DNA from: Verrucomicrobiia bacterium
GTDB lineage: Bacteria > Omnitrophota > Omnitrophia > Omnitrophales > Aquincolibacteriaceae
Assembly (NCBI GenBank): GCA_035495615.1
Contig: DATJFP010000083.1
Span: 23,803 to 87,802, forward strand
Reading direction: 5' to 3'
Length of the DNA stretch: 64,000 nucleotides
This document shows, one piece after another, positions 8,105 through 18,507 of the stretch. How positions within the stretch are numbered: position 1 is the stretch's first letter; every line of letters begins with the position of its first letter. The position numbers and the translations under genes were made by a program. The notes below the pieces were generated by a model. That model was not told the DNA's origin. It made no database searches and saw only the letters and a program-made list of their open reading frames with translations.

Positions 8105-8817
8105 AAAGCATAAAAACCTTTTTGGTTTTATCGTTGTGCTTGACCCTTCCCGCGTGGGGCGTTCATGCCGCGGTGCCCGAGATCCAGGGCGTTATGGCCA
8201 ATTTCACTCCGGCCAATGTGGCTCCTGAAAATCCCAGCGTCGACTGGCACGATTTCCAGATGACCGTGGATCCGCCGGTTTTGGTGGATTCTAAGCTCAT
8301 GGAAGCGCTTTTTCCGTCCACGCAGGACTTGGACCTTGAGCACGCGTCCATCGAAGATCTTACGGAAGACGAGATGGAAACGTCGCTTCAGGACCAGCTC
8401 ATCCTTGGCGAGACCCATGGCTTCTGGTCTCGGACCAAGACGTGGCTTGTCGGTGGCTTGCTTCTGACGGCGCTCATCACGGGGCTTCTGGTCCTGTTTT
8501 CGTCCGGCTCCGGCAGCGGTTCCGGCAGTGGTTCCGGTTCCGGCGGCGGCGACAGCAATAACAGCGGCGGACCCGGCGGTGCTGGGGGCGGCGGTGGTGT
8601 TGGTGGAGCAGGTGCCGGGGGTGCTGGCGGTTCCGGCGGCACGGGCGGTACGGGGGGTACTGGCGGCGCCGGTGGCGGCGGTGGTGGTGGAAACGGCGGC
8701 GGTGTGGGTGCTACGGATTTCAACGGTAATTATCCGAGCAATCCCGAGCCTTCCACGATGTTGCTCCTCGGATTGGGACTGATGCTTTTTACCTTCAAGC
8801 GGAAAGCCCAGGCCTAA
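8101..8817 (+). CDS. PEP-CTERM protein with (SG)n / poly-Gly low-complexity linker
   Basis: Signal peptide, acidic domain, hydrophobic segment, then SGSGSGSGSGSGSG plus G-rich run. C-terminal NPEPSTMLLLGLGLMLFTFKRKAQA (PEP-CTERM). Confidence 0.8.
   Translation: MKSIKTFLVLSLCLTLPAWGVHAAVPEIQGVMANFTPANVAPENPSVDWHDFQMTVDPPVLVDSKLMEALFPSTQDLDLEHASIEDLTEDEMETSLQDQLILGETHGFWSRTKTWLVGGLLLTALITGLLVLFSSGSGSGSGSGSGSGGGDSNNSGGPGGAGGGGGVGGAGAGGAGGSGGTGGTGGTGGAGGGGGGGNGGGVGATDFNGNYPSNPEPSTMLLLGLGLMLFTFKRKAQA
8500..8712 (+). repeat. GGC/GGT/AGC-rich coding microsatellite-like tract (Ser-Gly / poly-Gly)
   Basis: tccggctccggcagcggttccggcagtggttccggttccggcggcggc... encodes residues about 134-204 of the PEP-CTERM protein. 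Confidence 0.7.
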
Positions 8818-8829
8818 AAGGATTTTACG

Positions 8830-10239
8830 ATGCGCGTGAGAAATGCCCTTTATTTTCTGGCGTTGAGCGTGGCGCTCAGCGGGTGCAGCAGGAGTTATCT
8901 GGCCGAGAAAGAATTTTTCAAGGCCAAGAAAACCCTGGAGAGCATCAAGCTGTCCGCGCCCGTAGAAGCCCTGGAAGAGCCGATTGCCGCGTTTCAACAC
9001 GTGGTTGATCGTTTTCCCGGCACGCCCAAAGCCATGGAGAGCCTGATTGCCATCTCCAACCTCCGGCTCAAGCAGAAGAAGTACTCGGAGGCGCGGGATG
9101 CCATGAAGACCATCGTGGAAGATTACAGCGCCGATAAGGACCGGGTCGCCGAAGCCCGCGACCGTATCGGGCAGATCTACCAGGCTGAAGGGAATTGGGA
9201 CGCCGCGCAGAAAGCCTACTGGGAAGCCGCGGAGTACAATCCGCTGCACGTGCGCGGGCTATACGCGCCCATCAAGATCCTGCTTCATTACAAGCAGGCG
9301 AAAGATGACAAAGGTTTCGAACAGCAGTTTGTCCGCGTGCTCGATCATTACCAGGGCCTGATCAAGCAGCTCGGCCCCATCGATACAGCCGCTCCCGTCA
9401 AAAATTATTTGGCCATGGCATACATGGTGAAAGGCGACACGCAGCCTGCCGTGGACACCTGGGAAGCCCTTTACCGCGAGCATCACGAAAACGGCTATGC
9501 GCCTATGGCCCTTTTGGCTGCCGCGGAATTGCGCTGGCGTGAAGACAATCTCGCCGAAGCGGAACGTTTGTGGGGGCTGTACTTCAAGGATTACCCGAAC
9601 CACGGGCTTGCCGGAAAAACCTCGGTGACGATCGGCATGCTCTACCAGGGCAAAAAAGATTTTACAAAAAGCCGCGGCTGGTACAACAAGGCCCTCGAGC
9701 AGTATTTCAAAGGCAAGTCGCTCGAGCGGAGCGAAGTTGAGCTGCTCATGGCTAAGTCCTATCAGGACGAGGGGAATTGGGAGCAGGCAGACACGCTCTA
9801 CAAGCAGCTTGAGCAGGACTATCCGAACACTTCGCCGTCCCTCCAGGTCCCGCTTTTGCGCGCAGAGCACTTCCGTGAAGCCGGGGATACGGAACAATCG
9901 AACAAGATCCTGGGTGAAGCGATTCTGGTTTACCAGGGCCTTGAAACCGAGAATCCGGACGAAAACGTCCGTAAAATTGCGACCCGCTTTAAGACGGCTG
10001 CATATGCCCAACTCGGAGCCTGGCAGGACATGATCAAAGAAATCGAAGGTCAGATGGCGCAGGAGACTCAGCCGGAAAAAAAGGGGCGCTGGCTTTTCCT
10101 CAAGGCGCTGCTTACCGAGAATCGCCTTAAAGACCATGGCGCCGCGATTCAGCTTTACGAAAATTTCCTCAAAGATTATCCCGAACATCCGCTTTCTTCC
10201 CGCGCTAAGGCCCAGCTCGACGCCTTGAAGCAAGCCTAA
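8830..10239 (+). CDS. TPR-repeat lipoprotein (possibly a short PrsT-like PEP-CTERM-system lipoprotein)
   Basis: Lipobox LSGC after a signal peptide. Multiple TPR-like helical repeats (AYMVKGDTQPAVDTWEALYRE, AKSYQDEGNWEQADTLYKQL, etc.). Confidence 0.7.
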   Translation: MRVRNALYFLALSVALSGCSRSYLAEKEFFKAKKTLESIKLSAPVEALEEPIAAFQHVVDRFPGTPKAMESLIAISNLRLKQKKYSEARDAMKTIVEDYSADKDRVAEARDRIGQIYQAEGNWDAAQKAYWEAAEYNPLHVRGLYAPIKILLHYKQAKDDKGFEQQFVRVLDHYQGLIKQLGPIDTAAPVKNYLAMAYMVKGDTQPAVDTWEALYREHHENGYAPMALLAAAELRWREDNLAEAERLWGLYFKDYPNHGLAGKTSVTIGMLYQGKKDFTKSRGWYNKALEQYFKGKSLERSEVELLMAKSYQDEGNWEQADTLYKQLEQDYPNTSPSLQVPLLRAEHFREAGDTEQSNKILGEAILVYQGLETENPDENVRKIATRFKTAAYAQLGAWQDMIKEIEGQMAQETQPEKKGRWLFLKALLTENRLKDHGAAIQLYENFLKDYPEHPLSSRAKAQLDALKQA

Positions 10240-10439
10240 AACCCACGATTCTTTCCTTTCGTTTTCCCGCAAGGCCATCAAATTGTAAAAACGCCTTGCG
10301 CGTCCTGCTTTTTCAACAATTTTCCTCTGGGAGGTATGGCTCACCCGTGATCAATTTGGAGCAACAAAGGGCAATAAGGATATTATTATATCGTGTTGAA
10401 TTAAAATGACTTAGAGAAAATTTTTTTAAACACTTTCTA

Positions 10440-10467
10440 TTGACCCGCCGGGACCTTGTGATATACT
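10440..10467 (+). promoter_or_regulatory. sigma-70-like promoter TTGACC-N16-TATACT upstream of the histidine kinase/response regulator pair
   Basis: ttgacc at 10440-10445 and tatact at 10462-10467, about 60 bp upstream of the ATG at 10528. Confidence 0.45.
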
Positions 10468-10493
10468 TCCGTCATCTTTGGGGCGGCATTTCG

Positions 10494-10503
10494 ACAGCTG
10501 TCC
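10494..10503. repeat. perfect palindrome GACAGCTGTC in the 5' leader of the kinase gene
   Basis: gacagctgtc at 10494-10503, roughly 27 bp downstream of the -10. Shares a TGTCCA half-site with the inverted repeat upstream of the exosortase. Confidence 0.5.
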
Positions 10504-10527
10504 AAATTTAAAGACATCCCGGATCTC

Positions 10528-11787
10528 ATGAAATCAAGCTTGTCCCAAAACCCCAGTGCCGGCGCTTCTTCCACCGGCGTTCTCCCGCTCAATCCTGAGC
10601 CTCACTTCTTTGCAAGCCCGGACAACTTCATCGAATTCGCGCTGGATTCGGTCCTGGCCCTCGTTCAGGCGCATGCAGGATCGCTCATGCTATGGGACGA
10701 AGAAAAGAAGGCCTTGGTTCTGAAGTCCGCCCGCGGGCCTTATTGCGACAGGGTCCGTGACGCGCATATCCGGCTCCGCGAAGGCGTGGCGGGGTGGGTG
10801 GGTGACAAGGGCCGCAGCGTCCTGGTTAAAGACATTCACGACGACAGCCAATTCAGCCATTACCGCCGGGCCGGCAATTATGAAACGCATTCCTTCATGT
10901 CCATTCCGCTGATCTCTTCGAACAAGCTCGTCGGCGTTATCAACATCACGGAGCGGGCCAATTTTGATGCCTTTACTGAAGATGACATGGTGCGCGCGCG
11001 GCTTTTCGCACAGCACATCGCGATTGCTTACGACAACATGCGGCTTGCCAGCCGGTTCCGCGTGGAAAATCAGCGTTTGAGCGAAAAAGTCGTCATCCTC
11101 GAGCAGACCCTCGAACGACAGGAGCCGCTGGTCTCGATCGGAAAACTTGCATCGAATCTCGCCCATGAGCTCAACAATCCCTTGGACTCCATACGCCGTT
11201 ACGTGAATCTGGCGCTCGAGCAGGTGATGGAAGATTCGCTGGCGCGGCAGTACATCATGAAATCCAAGGAAGGCATCCGCCGCGCCATCCAGGTCATCCG
11301 CGGGCTTCTTCAGTATTCCCGGCACGCCGCGAAAATGGAATTGCGCGAGTCCGAACTCCATCAGGTGCTGCGCAAAAGCCTCGAAGGCGTTTCCCACGAC
11401 GATAATTTCGAAGGCGTCCACGTGCGGCTGGAGCTGGCGCCGGAAGAGTGCGTCGTGCCGGACTGCGGCCTCGCTGTTGTTTTTCGGAATCTTTTCAAGA
11501 ACGCGTACCAGGCCATGAAAGGCCGCGGCACGCTGAAAATCTCGACTTCCATTTTTGATACCACGATTACCGTCAAGATCCAGGATTCGGGCTGCGGCGT
11601 TCCGGACGCGGTTAAAACGCGCCTGTTCGAGCCGTTCTTTTCCACCAAGCAGGGAGAAGGAACCGGTATCGGCCTGGCCATTTCCCGCGAGATCGTCGAA
11701 AAGTGCGGCGGCAGCATCCAATTCGAAAGCATGCCCGAAATCGGCACGACGTTTATCATTCACTTACCCCTCTTAAGGAGAGCCTAA
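10528..11787 (+). CDS. soluble GAF-domain sensor histidine kinase
   Basis: No TM segments. GAF-like N-terminal region, HisKA H-box (LAHELNNPL), HATPase_c G-boxes (DSGCGVP, GEGTGIGL). Confidence 0.8.
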   Translation: MKSSLSQNPSAGASSTGVLPLNPEPHFFASPDNFIEFALDSVLALVQAHAGSLMLWDEEKKALVLKSARGPYCDRVRDAHIRLREGVAGWVGDKGRSVLVKDIHDDSQFSHYRRAGNYETHSFMSIPLISSNKLVGVINITERANFDAFTEDDMVRARLFAQHIAIAYDNMRLASRFRVENQRLSEKVVILEQTLERQEPLVSIGKLASNLAHELNNPLDSIRRYVNLALEQVMEDSLARQYIMKSKEGIRRAIQVIRGLLQYSRHAAKMELRESELHQVLRKSLEGVSHDDNFEGVHVRLELAPEECVVPDCGLAVVFRNLFKNAYQAMKGRGTLKISTSIFDTTITVKIQDSGCGVPDAVKTRLFEPFFSTKQGEGTGIGLAISREIVEKCGGSIQFESMPEIGTTFIIHLPLLRRA

Positions 11788-11793
11788 AATCCC

Positions 11794-13158
<1,365 letters not shown>

Positions 13159-13195
13159 TCTTGAACGGATTCCGGGCCGCGGCTGAAAATACTCA

Positions 13196-13223
13196 TTGGA
13201 AAAAAAGCCGTATCCGCTATAAT
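13196..13223 (+). promoter_or_regulatory. sigma-70-like promoter TTGGAA-N16-TATAAT for pgk
   Basis: ttggaa at 13196-13201 and tataat at 13218-13223, about 60 bp upstream of the pgk ATG. Confidence 0.5.
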
Positions 13224-13282
13224 ATCCCGTCTTTACGCATCCTCATCCCTGATCACGACTCATAAGCACCAAAGGCCTATTT

Positions 13283-14485
13283 ATGGATAAAATCAAGAGC
13301 ATTCAAGAGATGGACATTAAGAACAAGCGCGTCCTCATACGCGTCGACTACAACGTCCCCATGGACGAGCAGGGCAAGATCACCGACGACATTCGCGTCT
13401 CCAAATCCCTGGATACGATCCATTATTGCACCAAGCAGAATGCCAGGGTCATCCTTATGTCGCATCTGGGCCGGCCCAAAGGCGCTCCGGATGCCAAGTT
13501 CAGCCTGAAGCCGGTGGCGCAGCACCTTTCCGGCCTCCTGGGCAAACAAGTCCTCATGCTTCCCGATTGCGTCGGCCCTGAAGTCGAAAGTAAAGTGGCC
13601 GCCATGAAGCCGGGCGACGTGGCGATGCTCGAAAACCTGCGCTTCCATAAAGAAGAAGAGAAAAACGATCCTGAATTTTCGCGCAAGCTGGCCGCGCTCG
13701 GCGACGTGTACGTGGACGATGCGTTCGGCGCCGCGCACCGGGCCCATGCCTCGGTCGTGGGTGTGACGGAGTTCCTGCCGTCGGCCGCCGGATTCCTGCT
13801 GGCGAAGGAAGTGGAATACCTGGGCAAGGCGATCTCCAATCCCGACCGTCCGTTCGTCACGATCCTGGGCGGAGCGAAGGTCTCGGACAAAGTGAAACTC
13901 ATCTCCAACCTCATCGACAAGGCCGACACGCTGCTGATCGGCGGCGCCATGGCGTACACGTTTTACAAGCTCATGGGCATCAAAATCGGCAATTCGAAGT
14001 TCGAGCCGGACGGCGTGCCGTTCGCCGAAGAAGCGCTGAAGAAGGCCAAGCAGAAAAATTTTCCCATGCACTTTCCGAGCGATCGCGTGATTGCTCCTGG
14101 CATCGACCGGGCTTCCGAAGCCAAGGTCACCGAGTCTGACATTCCCGACGGCTGGTCGGGTTTTGACATCGGCCCCAAAACGGTCGAGAGCTACAAGCAG
14201 ATTCTTTCCAAGGCCAAGACCATCGTGTGGAACGGTCCCGTGGGCCTGTTCGAAGTAAAGCCTTTTGACAAGGGCACGCTTGAGCTTGCCAAATTTATCG
14301 CGGGCCTGAAAGCCACGAAGATCATCGGCGGCGGAGATACGGCCGCGGCTGTGCGCCAATTCGGCCTGGACGACAAAATGTCCCACGTGTCCACCGGCGG
14401 CGGGGCTTCCCTGGAATTTCTCGAAGGCACCGTGCTTCCCGGCATTGCCGTCCTTCAGGAAAAGAAACTGGCCGGAAAACGCTAA
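13283..14485 (+). CDS. pgk: phosphoglycerate kinase
   Basis: Full-length match to PGK (VLIRVDYNVP, MSHLGRPKG, GGGASLE). Confidence 0.95.
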   Translation: MDKIKSIQEMDIKNKRVLIRVDYNVPMDEQGKITDDIRVSKSLDTIHYCTKQNARVILMSHLGRPKGAPDAKFSLKPVAQHLSGLLGKQVLMLPDCVGPEVESKVAAMKPGDVAMLENLRFHKEEEKNDPEFSRKLAALGDVYVDDAFGAAHRAHASVVGVTEFLPSAAGFLLAKEVEYLGKAISNPDRPFVTILGGAKVSDKVKLISNLIDKADTLLIGGAMAYTFYKLMGIKIGNSKFEPDGVPFAEEALKKAKQKNFPMHFPSDRVIAPGIDRASEAKVTESDIPDGWSGFDIGPKTVESYKQILSKAKTIVWNGPVGLFEVKPFDKGTLELAKFIAGLKATKIIGGGDTAAAVRQFGLDDKMSHVSTGGGASLEFLEGTVLPGIAVLQEKKLAGKR

Positions 14486-14495
14486 AGGAGACGGA

Positions 14496-15278
14496 ATGAA
14501 GACGCCTTTCATCGCGGGAAATTGGAAAATGTTCAAGACGGCCAGCGAGGCCTCGACGCTCGTGCAAACCATCAAGGCGGGCGTCTCCAAAGTGGCGGAT
14601 TGCGATGTCGTGATCTGCCCTCCGTTTACCGCGCTCGGCGCGGTGTCGCCGCTCCTGCGCGACAGCAACATCGAGCTCGGCGGACAGAACATGCACAACG
14701 AAGCCGAAGGCGCCTTCACCGGAGAGATTTCTCCGATGATGCTCAAAGACCTCAATTGCCGCTACGTGATTCTCGGCCATTCGGAACGCCGGCAGTTCTT
14801 CAAGGAAACCGACGAGCTGATCCGGGAGAAGGTCAAGACGGCGATCAAATACAGCCTGATTCCCATTTTGTGCATCGGCGAAACGCTGGAAGAGCGGGAA
14901 GCCCGGCAGTATTTCGAAGTGGTCAAGCGCCAGTTCGAAGAAGCGCTGAAGGGCCTGACCGGCGACGAAGTGTCGCGCATCGTCCTTGCCTACGAGCCTG
15001 TATGGGCCATCGGCACCGGCCACACGGCCACGCCCGAACAGGCGGAACAGATGCATTCCTACATCCGCCGCCTTCTCAACGAAAAAGTGGGGCAGGAGAT
15101 CGGCGCGAAAGTGCCGATACTCTACGGCGGCAGCGTGAAGCCCGACAACATTGGCAAGCTGATGTCCAAGCCCAACGTGGACGGCGCCCTTGTCGGAGGC
15201 GCTTCGCTCAAGGCGGAAAGCTTTACTCAAATCATCCAAAATGCGGTGGAAGCCTGCAAGGCAGAGGTAAACCAATGA
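14496..15278 (+). CDS. tpiA: triosephosphate isomerase
   Basis: MKTPFIAGNWKM...AYEPVWAIGTG...GGASLK. RBS AAAGGAG precedes ATG 14496; the track's 14445 start is too long. Confidence 0.95.
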   Translation: MKTPFIAGNWKMFKTASEASTLVQTIKAGVSKVADCDVVICPPFTALGAVSPLLRDSNIELGGQNMHNEAEGAFTGEISPMMLKDLNCRYVILGHSERRQFFKETDELIREKVKTAIKYSLIPILCIGETLEEREARQYFEVVKRQFEEALKGLTGDEVSRIVLAYEPVWAIGTGHTATPEQAEQMHSYIRRLLNEKVGQEIGAKVPILYGGSVKPDNIGKLMSKPNVDGALVGGASLKAESFTQIIQNAVEACKAEVNQ

Positions 15279-15745
15279 TCGCTGTTCTCGTTACGATTCT
15301 TCACGTCATTGTTTGCGCGGTTCTCGTTTTCGTGATCTTGATCCAGGGCGGGCGCGGCCAGGGCCTTGCGAGCGCTTCGTTCGGAAGCGGCAACGTCCAG
15401 ACGCTTTTCGGCACCAAGGCCGCGGATTTCATGACCAAGGCCACGAGCGTTTCCGCCATCTGCTTCATGATCACCTGCATTTCGCTCGACGTTATCGAAG
15501 CGAACAAAAGCCGCAGCCTTCTTGAGACCCGCACGTCGGCGCCGATCGATGTCGACCAGATCAAGCGCGCGCTCGAAAAAGTGAAGGCCGAGGCCAAAAA
15601 GAGCGAGGCGAATGCTTTGCCCGCGGTTCCTTCCAGCGCCGCTGTTCCTGCAGCTCCTGCCGTACCGGCAGCTCCCGCAGCGCAGACGGCGCCTGCCGCC
15701 AATGCCGCTCCCGCGGAAGCCGCAGCGCCGGCGAGCGCGCAGTAG
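15275..15745 (+). CDS. secG: preprotein translocase subunit SecG with long Ala/Pro-rich C-terminal extension
   Basis: MIAVLVTILHVIVCAVLVFVILIQGGRGQGLASASFGSGNVQTLFG matches the SecG core. ATG overlaps the tpiA stop. Conserved pgk-tpiA-secG order. Confidence 0.85.
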   Translation: MIAVLVTILHVIVCAVLVFVILIQGGRGQGLASASFGSGNVQTLFGTKAADFMTKATSVSAICFMITCISLDVIEANKSRSLLETRTSAPIDVDQIKRALEKVKAEAKKSEANALPAVPSSAAVPAAPAVPAAPAAQTAPAANAAPAEAAAPASAQ

Positions 15746-15784
15746 TTTTGTTGTCCCGCGGGCATCCGCCCGCGAAAAGGCACC

Positions 15785-17842
15785 ATGCAAGAGGCCCCGA
15801 CGCAAGCCCCGAATCTCCGTTACCTCAAAGGGATCGGTCCCAAAAGGGCCCTGATCCTGGAAAAGCTCGGCGTCTGCACGCTCCGCGACCTCTTCTATTA
15901 TTTCCCGCGCCGCTACGAAGACCGCAGCCATCTCAGGCCCATCGAAGAAGTCCGGGCGGGCGAGCCCGTGACGCTGAAAGGCACGGTACTTTCCACGCGC
16001 CTGAAGCGTTTCCGCGGCATCTCGATCCTGGAAGTCCACCTGGGCGACAAGACAGGCATGATCCCGGCGGTCTGGTTTAATCAGCCGTATCTCCAGGCGC
16101 AGTTCGAGGAAGGCCGCGAAGTGATTTTTTTCGGCAAGCCCGACCTGCGTAACGACCGCCTTCAGATGAATTCCCCGGAATTCGAGATCCTGGATCCGGA
16201 GGAAGAGGCCGTGCATACCGGCCGCATCACGCCGATCTACCCCTTGACCGAGGGTCTGTACCAGAAAACCCTGCGCGGCGTTTTTCACGAGGCCGTGCAG
16301 CAGCACTTGGACGGCCTGATCGCCGAGTACCTGCCGGAAGATTTTCGCGAAACCCGCGGCCTTCTTCCGCTTCCGCAGGCCGTGCGTGAAATGCATTTCC
16401 CGTCGTCGCAGGAACTCCTCGACAAGGCGCGGCACAGGATTGTGTTCGACGAATTTTTTGTTTTCCAAGTCCTGCTGTTCCAGAAGCTGGAGCTCATGAA
16501 AGCGCGCCATAAAGCGCAGCCGCTTCGTGCCGAACCCGCGCATCTGGAGGAATTCCGTTCCGCGCTTCCTTTCCAGCTGACCTCCGGGCAGGAAGAAGCT
16601 CTGAGCGAAATCGCGGCGGAACTCGCTCTCGAAATTCCGATGAACCGCCTGCTGATGGGCGATGTGGGCAGCGGCAAGACCGTGCTCGGCGCCTTTGTAA
16701 TGTTCCTTGCCGCAAAGCTGGGACGCCAGGCCGTGATGCTGGTGCCGACCGAAATCCTCGCCAATCAGCACCTGCAAACGCTGAAGAAGCTGCTGCAGCC
16801 CGCGGGCATCACGGTGAAGATGCTTTCGTCGGCGACCGCGCCCGCGGTGCGCGAAAAGATGCTGGCGGAGTTGAAGCAGGGGAAGCTCTCCTGCGCCATA
16901 GGCACGCATGCGCTCCTGCAGGAAGACGTGCGCTTCGCCTCGCTTGCCGCGGTCGTCATCGACGAGCAGCACAAGTTCGGCGTGTACCAGCGCTGCCAGC
17001 TCCTCAACCGGGAGCTGCGCCCGCACCAGCTCGTCATGACCGCGACGCCGATCCCGCGCACGCTCGCGCTGACCGTTTACGGCGACCTGTCGGTTTCGGC
17101 CGTGAAGACGCTTCCCGCGGGCCGCCAGCCGATCAAGACTTACTGGATCACGCGGCAAAAACAGCCGGAAGTTTTGCGGCACATGCTCGAAAAAATAAAA
17201 AAAGGCGAGCAGGCCTACTTCATTTATCCGCTCATCGACGAAACCGAAAAGTCAGACATGCGGGCCGCGACCGCGGGCTACGACGCGCTTCGCAAAGGCC
17301 CGTTCAAGGACGCGAAAGTCGGGCTGGTCCATGGCCGCATGCCGGGCGAAGAGCGCGATGCGATCATGCGCGATTTCAAAGACGGCAAAATCCAGGCGCT
17401 GGTGGCCACGTCCGTCGTGGAAGTGGGCGTCGATAACCCCAACGCTACGATGATGGTGATCGAAAACGCCGAACGTTTCGGCCTGTCCCAGCTGCATCAG
17501 ATGAGAGGGCGTGTCGGACGGGGGCAGAAGCCGTCCGAATGTTTTCTATTCGGAGAACCCACGACCGATGAAGGCAAGAAGCGGCTGAGGATCATGACCA
17601 AGACGCAGGACGGCTTTGTGATCGCCGAAGAAGACCTGAAGCTGCGCGGTCCCGGGGATTTTCTGGGGACACGCCAAAGCGGGGAGCCGCTTTTCCGCGT
17701 CGCGCATCCGGTGCTGGACCAGGAAATCCTGCTGGAAGCGCGCGCGGCCGCCACGGAAGTCGTCAAGGGGCCGGATTGGGAGCAAAACCCGCGCTGGGCC
17801 GCGCTTAAAAAATTTCTCGATCATTTTCCCATTCGCTATTAA
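15785..17842 (+). CDS. recG: ATP-dependent DNA helicase RecG
   Basis: Helicase motifs GDVGSGKT, DEQHKFG, ATPIPRTL, QLHQMRGRVGRG. Length 685 aa. Confidence 0.9.
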   Translation: MQEAPTQAPNLRYLKGIGPKRALILEKLGVCTLRDLFYYFPRRYEDRSHLRPIEEVRAGEPVTLKGTVLSTRLKRFRGISILEVHLGDKTGMIPAVWFNQPYLQAQFEEGREVIFFGKPDLRNDRLQMNSPEFEILDPEEEAVHTGRITPIYPLTEGLYQKTLRGVFHEAVQQHLDGLIAEYLPEDFRETRGLLPLPQAVREMHFPSSQELLDKARHRIVFDEFFVFQVLLFQKLELMKARHKAQPLRAEPAHLEEFRSALPFQLTSGQEEALSEIAAELALEIPMNRLLMGDVGSGKTVLGAFVMFLAAKLGRQAVMLVPTEILANQHLQTLKKLLQPAGITVKMLSSATAPAVREKMLAELKQGKLSCAIGTHALLQEDVRFASLAAVVIDEQHKFGVYQRCQLLNRELRPHQLVMTATPIPRTLALTVYGDLSVSAVKTLPAGRQPIKTYWITRQKQPEVLRHMLEKIKKGEQAYFIYPLIDETEKSDMRAATAGYDALRKGPFKDAKVGLVHGRMPGEERDAIMRDFKDGKIQALVATSVVEVGVDNPNATMMVIENAERFGLSQLHQMRGRVGRGQKPSECFLFGEPTTDEGKKRLRIMTKTQDGFVIAEEDLKLRGPGDFLGTRQSGEPLFRVAHPVLDQEILLEARAAATEVVKGPDWEQNPRWAALKKFLDHFPIRY

Positions 17843-17910
17843 ACTAGTGCGTTCTAACTGCCCATAGTACCGTAAAGCGGCAATGACCGCAGACTGCCGG
17901 GGAGGCAAGT

Positions 17911-18507
17911 ATGAGAATTATTGGTGGTGAGCTCAAATCGCGGAAGATCCAGTTTCCGAAATCGCGCCTGACGCGTCCCATGACCGATCGCAGCAAGGAA
18001 ACGGTCTTCAACATCATGGGCAGTCTGGTCGACGGCAAGCATATCCTGGATCTTTATTCTGGGAGCGGGTCGCTCGGACTCGAGGCCTTGAGCCGCGGCG
18101 CGCTGGACGTCGTCTTCGTGGACCGCGCGGATTGGGCCACCCGGGTCATCGAAAAGAACCTGGAAGACCTGGGGCTGGAAGCCAAGGCACGGGTGCTGCA
18201 AATCGACGTTTTGAGGGCCATCCAGAAGCTCGAAAAAGAGAAGCGGTTTTTTTCACTGGTTTTTGTCGATCCTCCGTTCAATCAAGGACTTGTGAAAAAG
18301 ACGTTGAACCGCCTGGATCAATCTGCTATATTGACGCCCTTCGCTCAGGTCGTCGTGGGCCACTCGAGGCAGGAACAGTTGCCTGAGTCTCTTCAATCAT
18401 TGAAGCTCGCGCGAACCAAGAAGATAGGTCAAAACTGCCTGTCTTTTTATTTCCGGTTGGAGTCACAGGATGGAGAAACGAAGAGCTATTTATCCGGGGA
18501 GTTTTGA
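17911..18507 (+). CDS. rsmD: 16S rRNA (guanine966-N2)-methyltransferase RsmD
   Basis: ILDLYSGSGSLGLEALSRGA and VDPPF motifs. Upstream of coaD, as is usual. Confidence 0.85.
   Translation: MRIIGGELKSRKIQFPKSRLTRPMTDRSKETVFNIMGSLVDGKHILDLYSGSGSLGLEALSRGALDVVFVDRADWATRVIEKNLEDLGLEAKARVLQIDVLRAIQKLEKEKRFFSLVFVDPPFNQGLVKKTLNRLDQSAILTPFAQVVVGHSRQEQLPESLQSLKLARTKKIGQNCLSFYFRLESQDGETKSYLSGEF

Noticed and set aside
8388-8723. Proline-rich minus-strand ORF (PPPPPPAPP...)
   Set aside because: Mirror image of the Gly-rich coding repeat of the PEP-CTERM gene on the plus strand.
8128-9249. Long minus-strand ORFs (373 aa here; also 9259-10344, 11773-12999, 13277-14755, 15227-17182, 32574-34046, 44665-46377, 46892-48163 and others) overlapping plus-strand genes
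   Set aside because: Antisense to well-supported conserved genes (PEP-CTERM/TPR, pgk, recG, alaS, dnaK and so on). They have low-complexity R/A/G-rich translations typical of spurious ORFs in GC-rich DNA.
14522-15745. 407-aa plus-strand ORF spanning tpiA and secG
   Set aside because: Out-of-frame read-through of tpiA that only becomes meaningful at the SecG start (15275). Replaced by separate tpiA and secG calls.
15757-15776. Hairpin CGCGGGCatccGCCCGCG between secG and recG
   Set aside because: The T-rich tract is on the 5' side rather than the 3' side. It is more likely incidental GC-rich secondary structure than a terminator.
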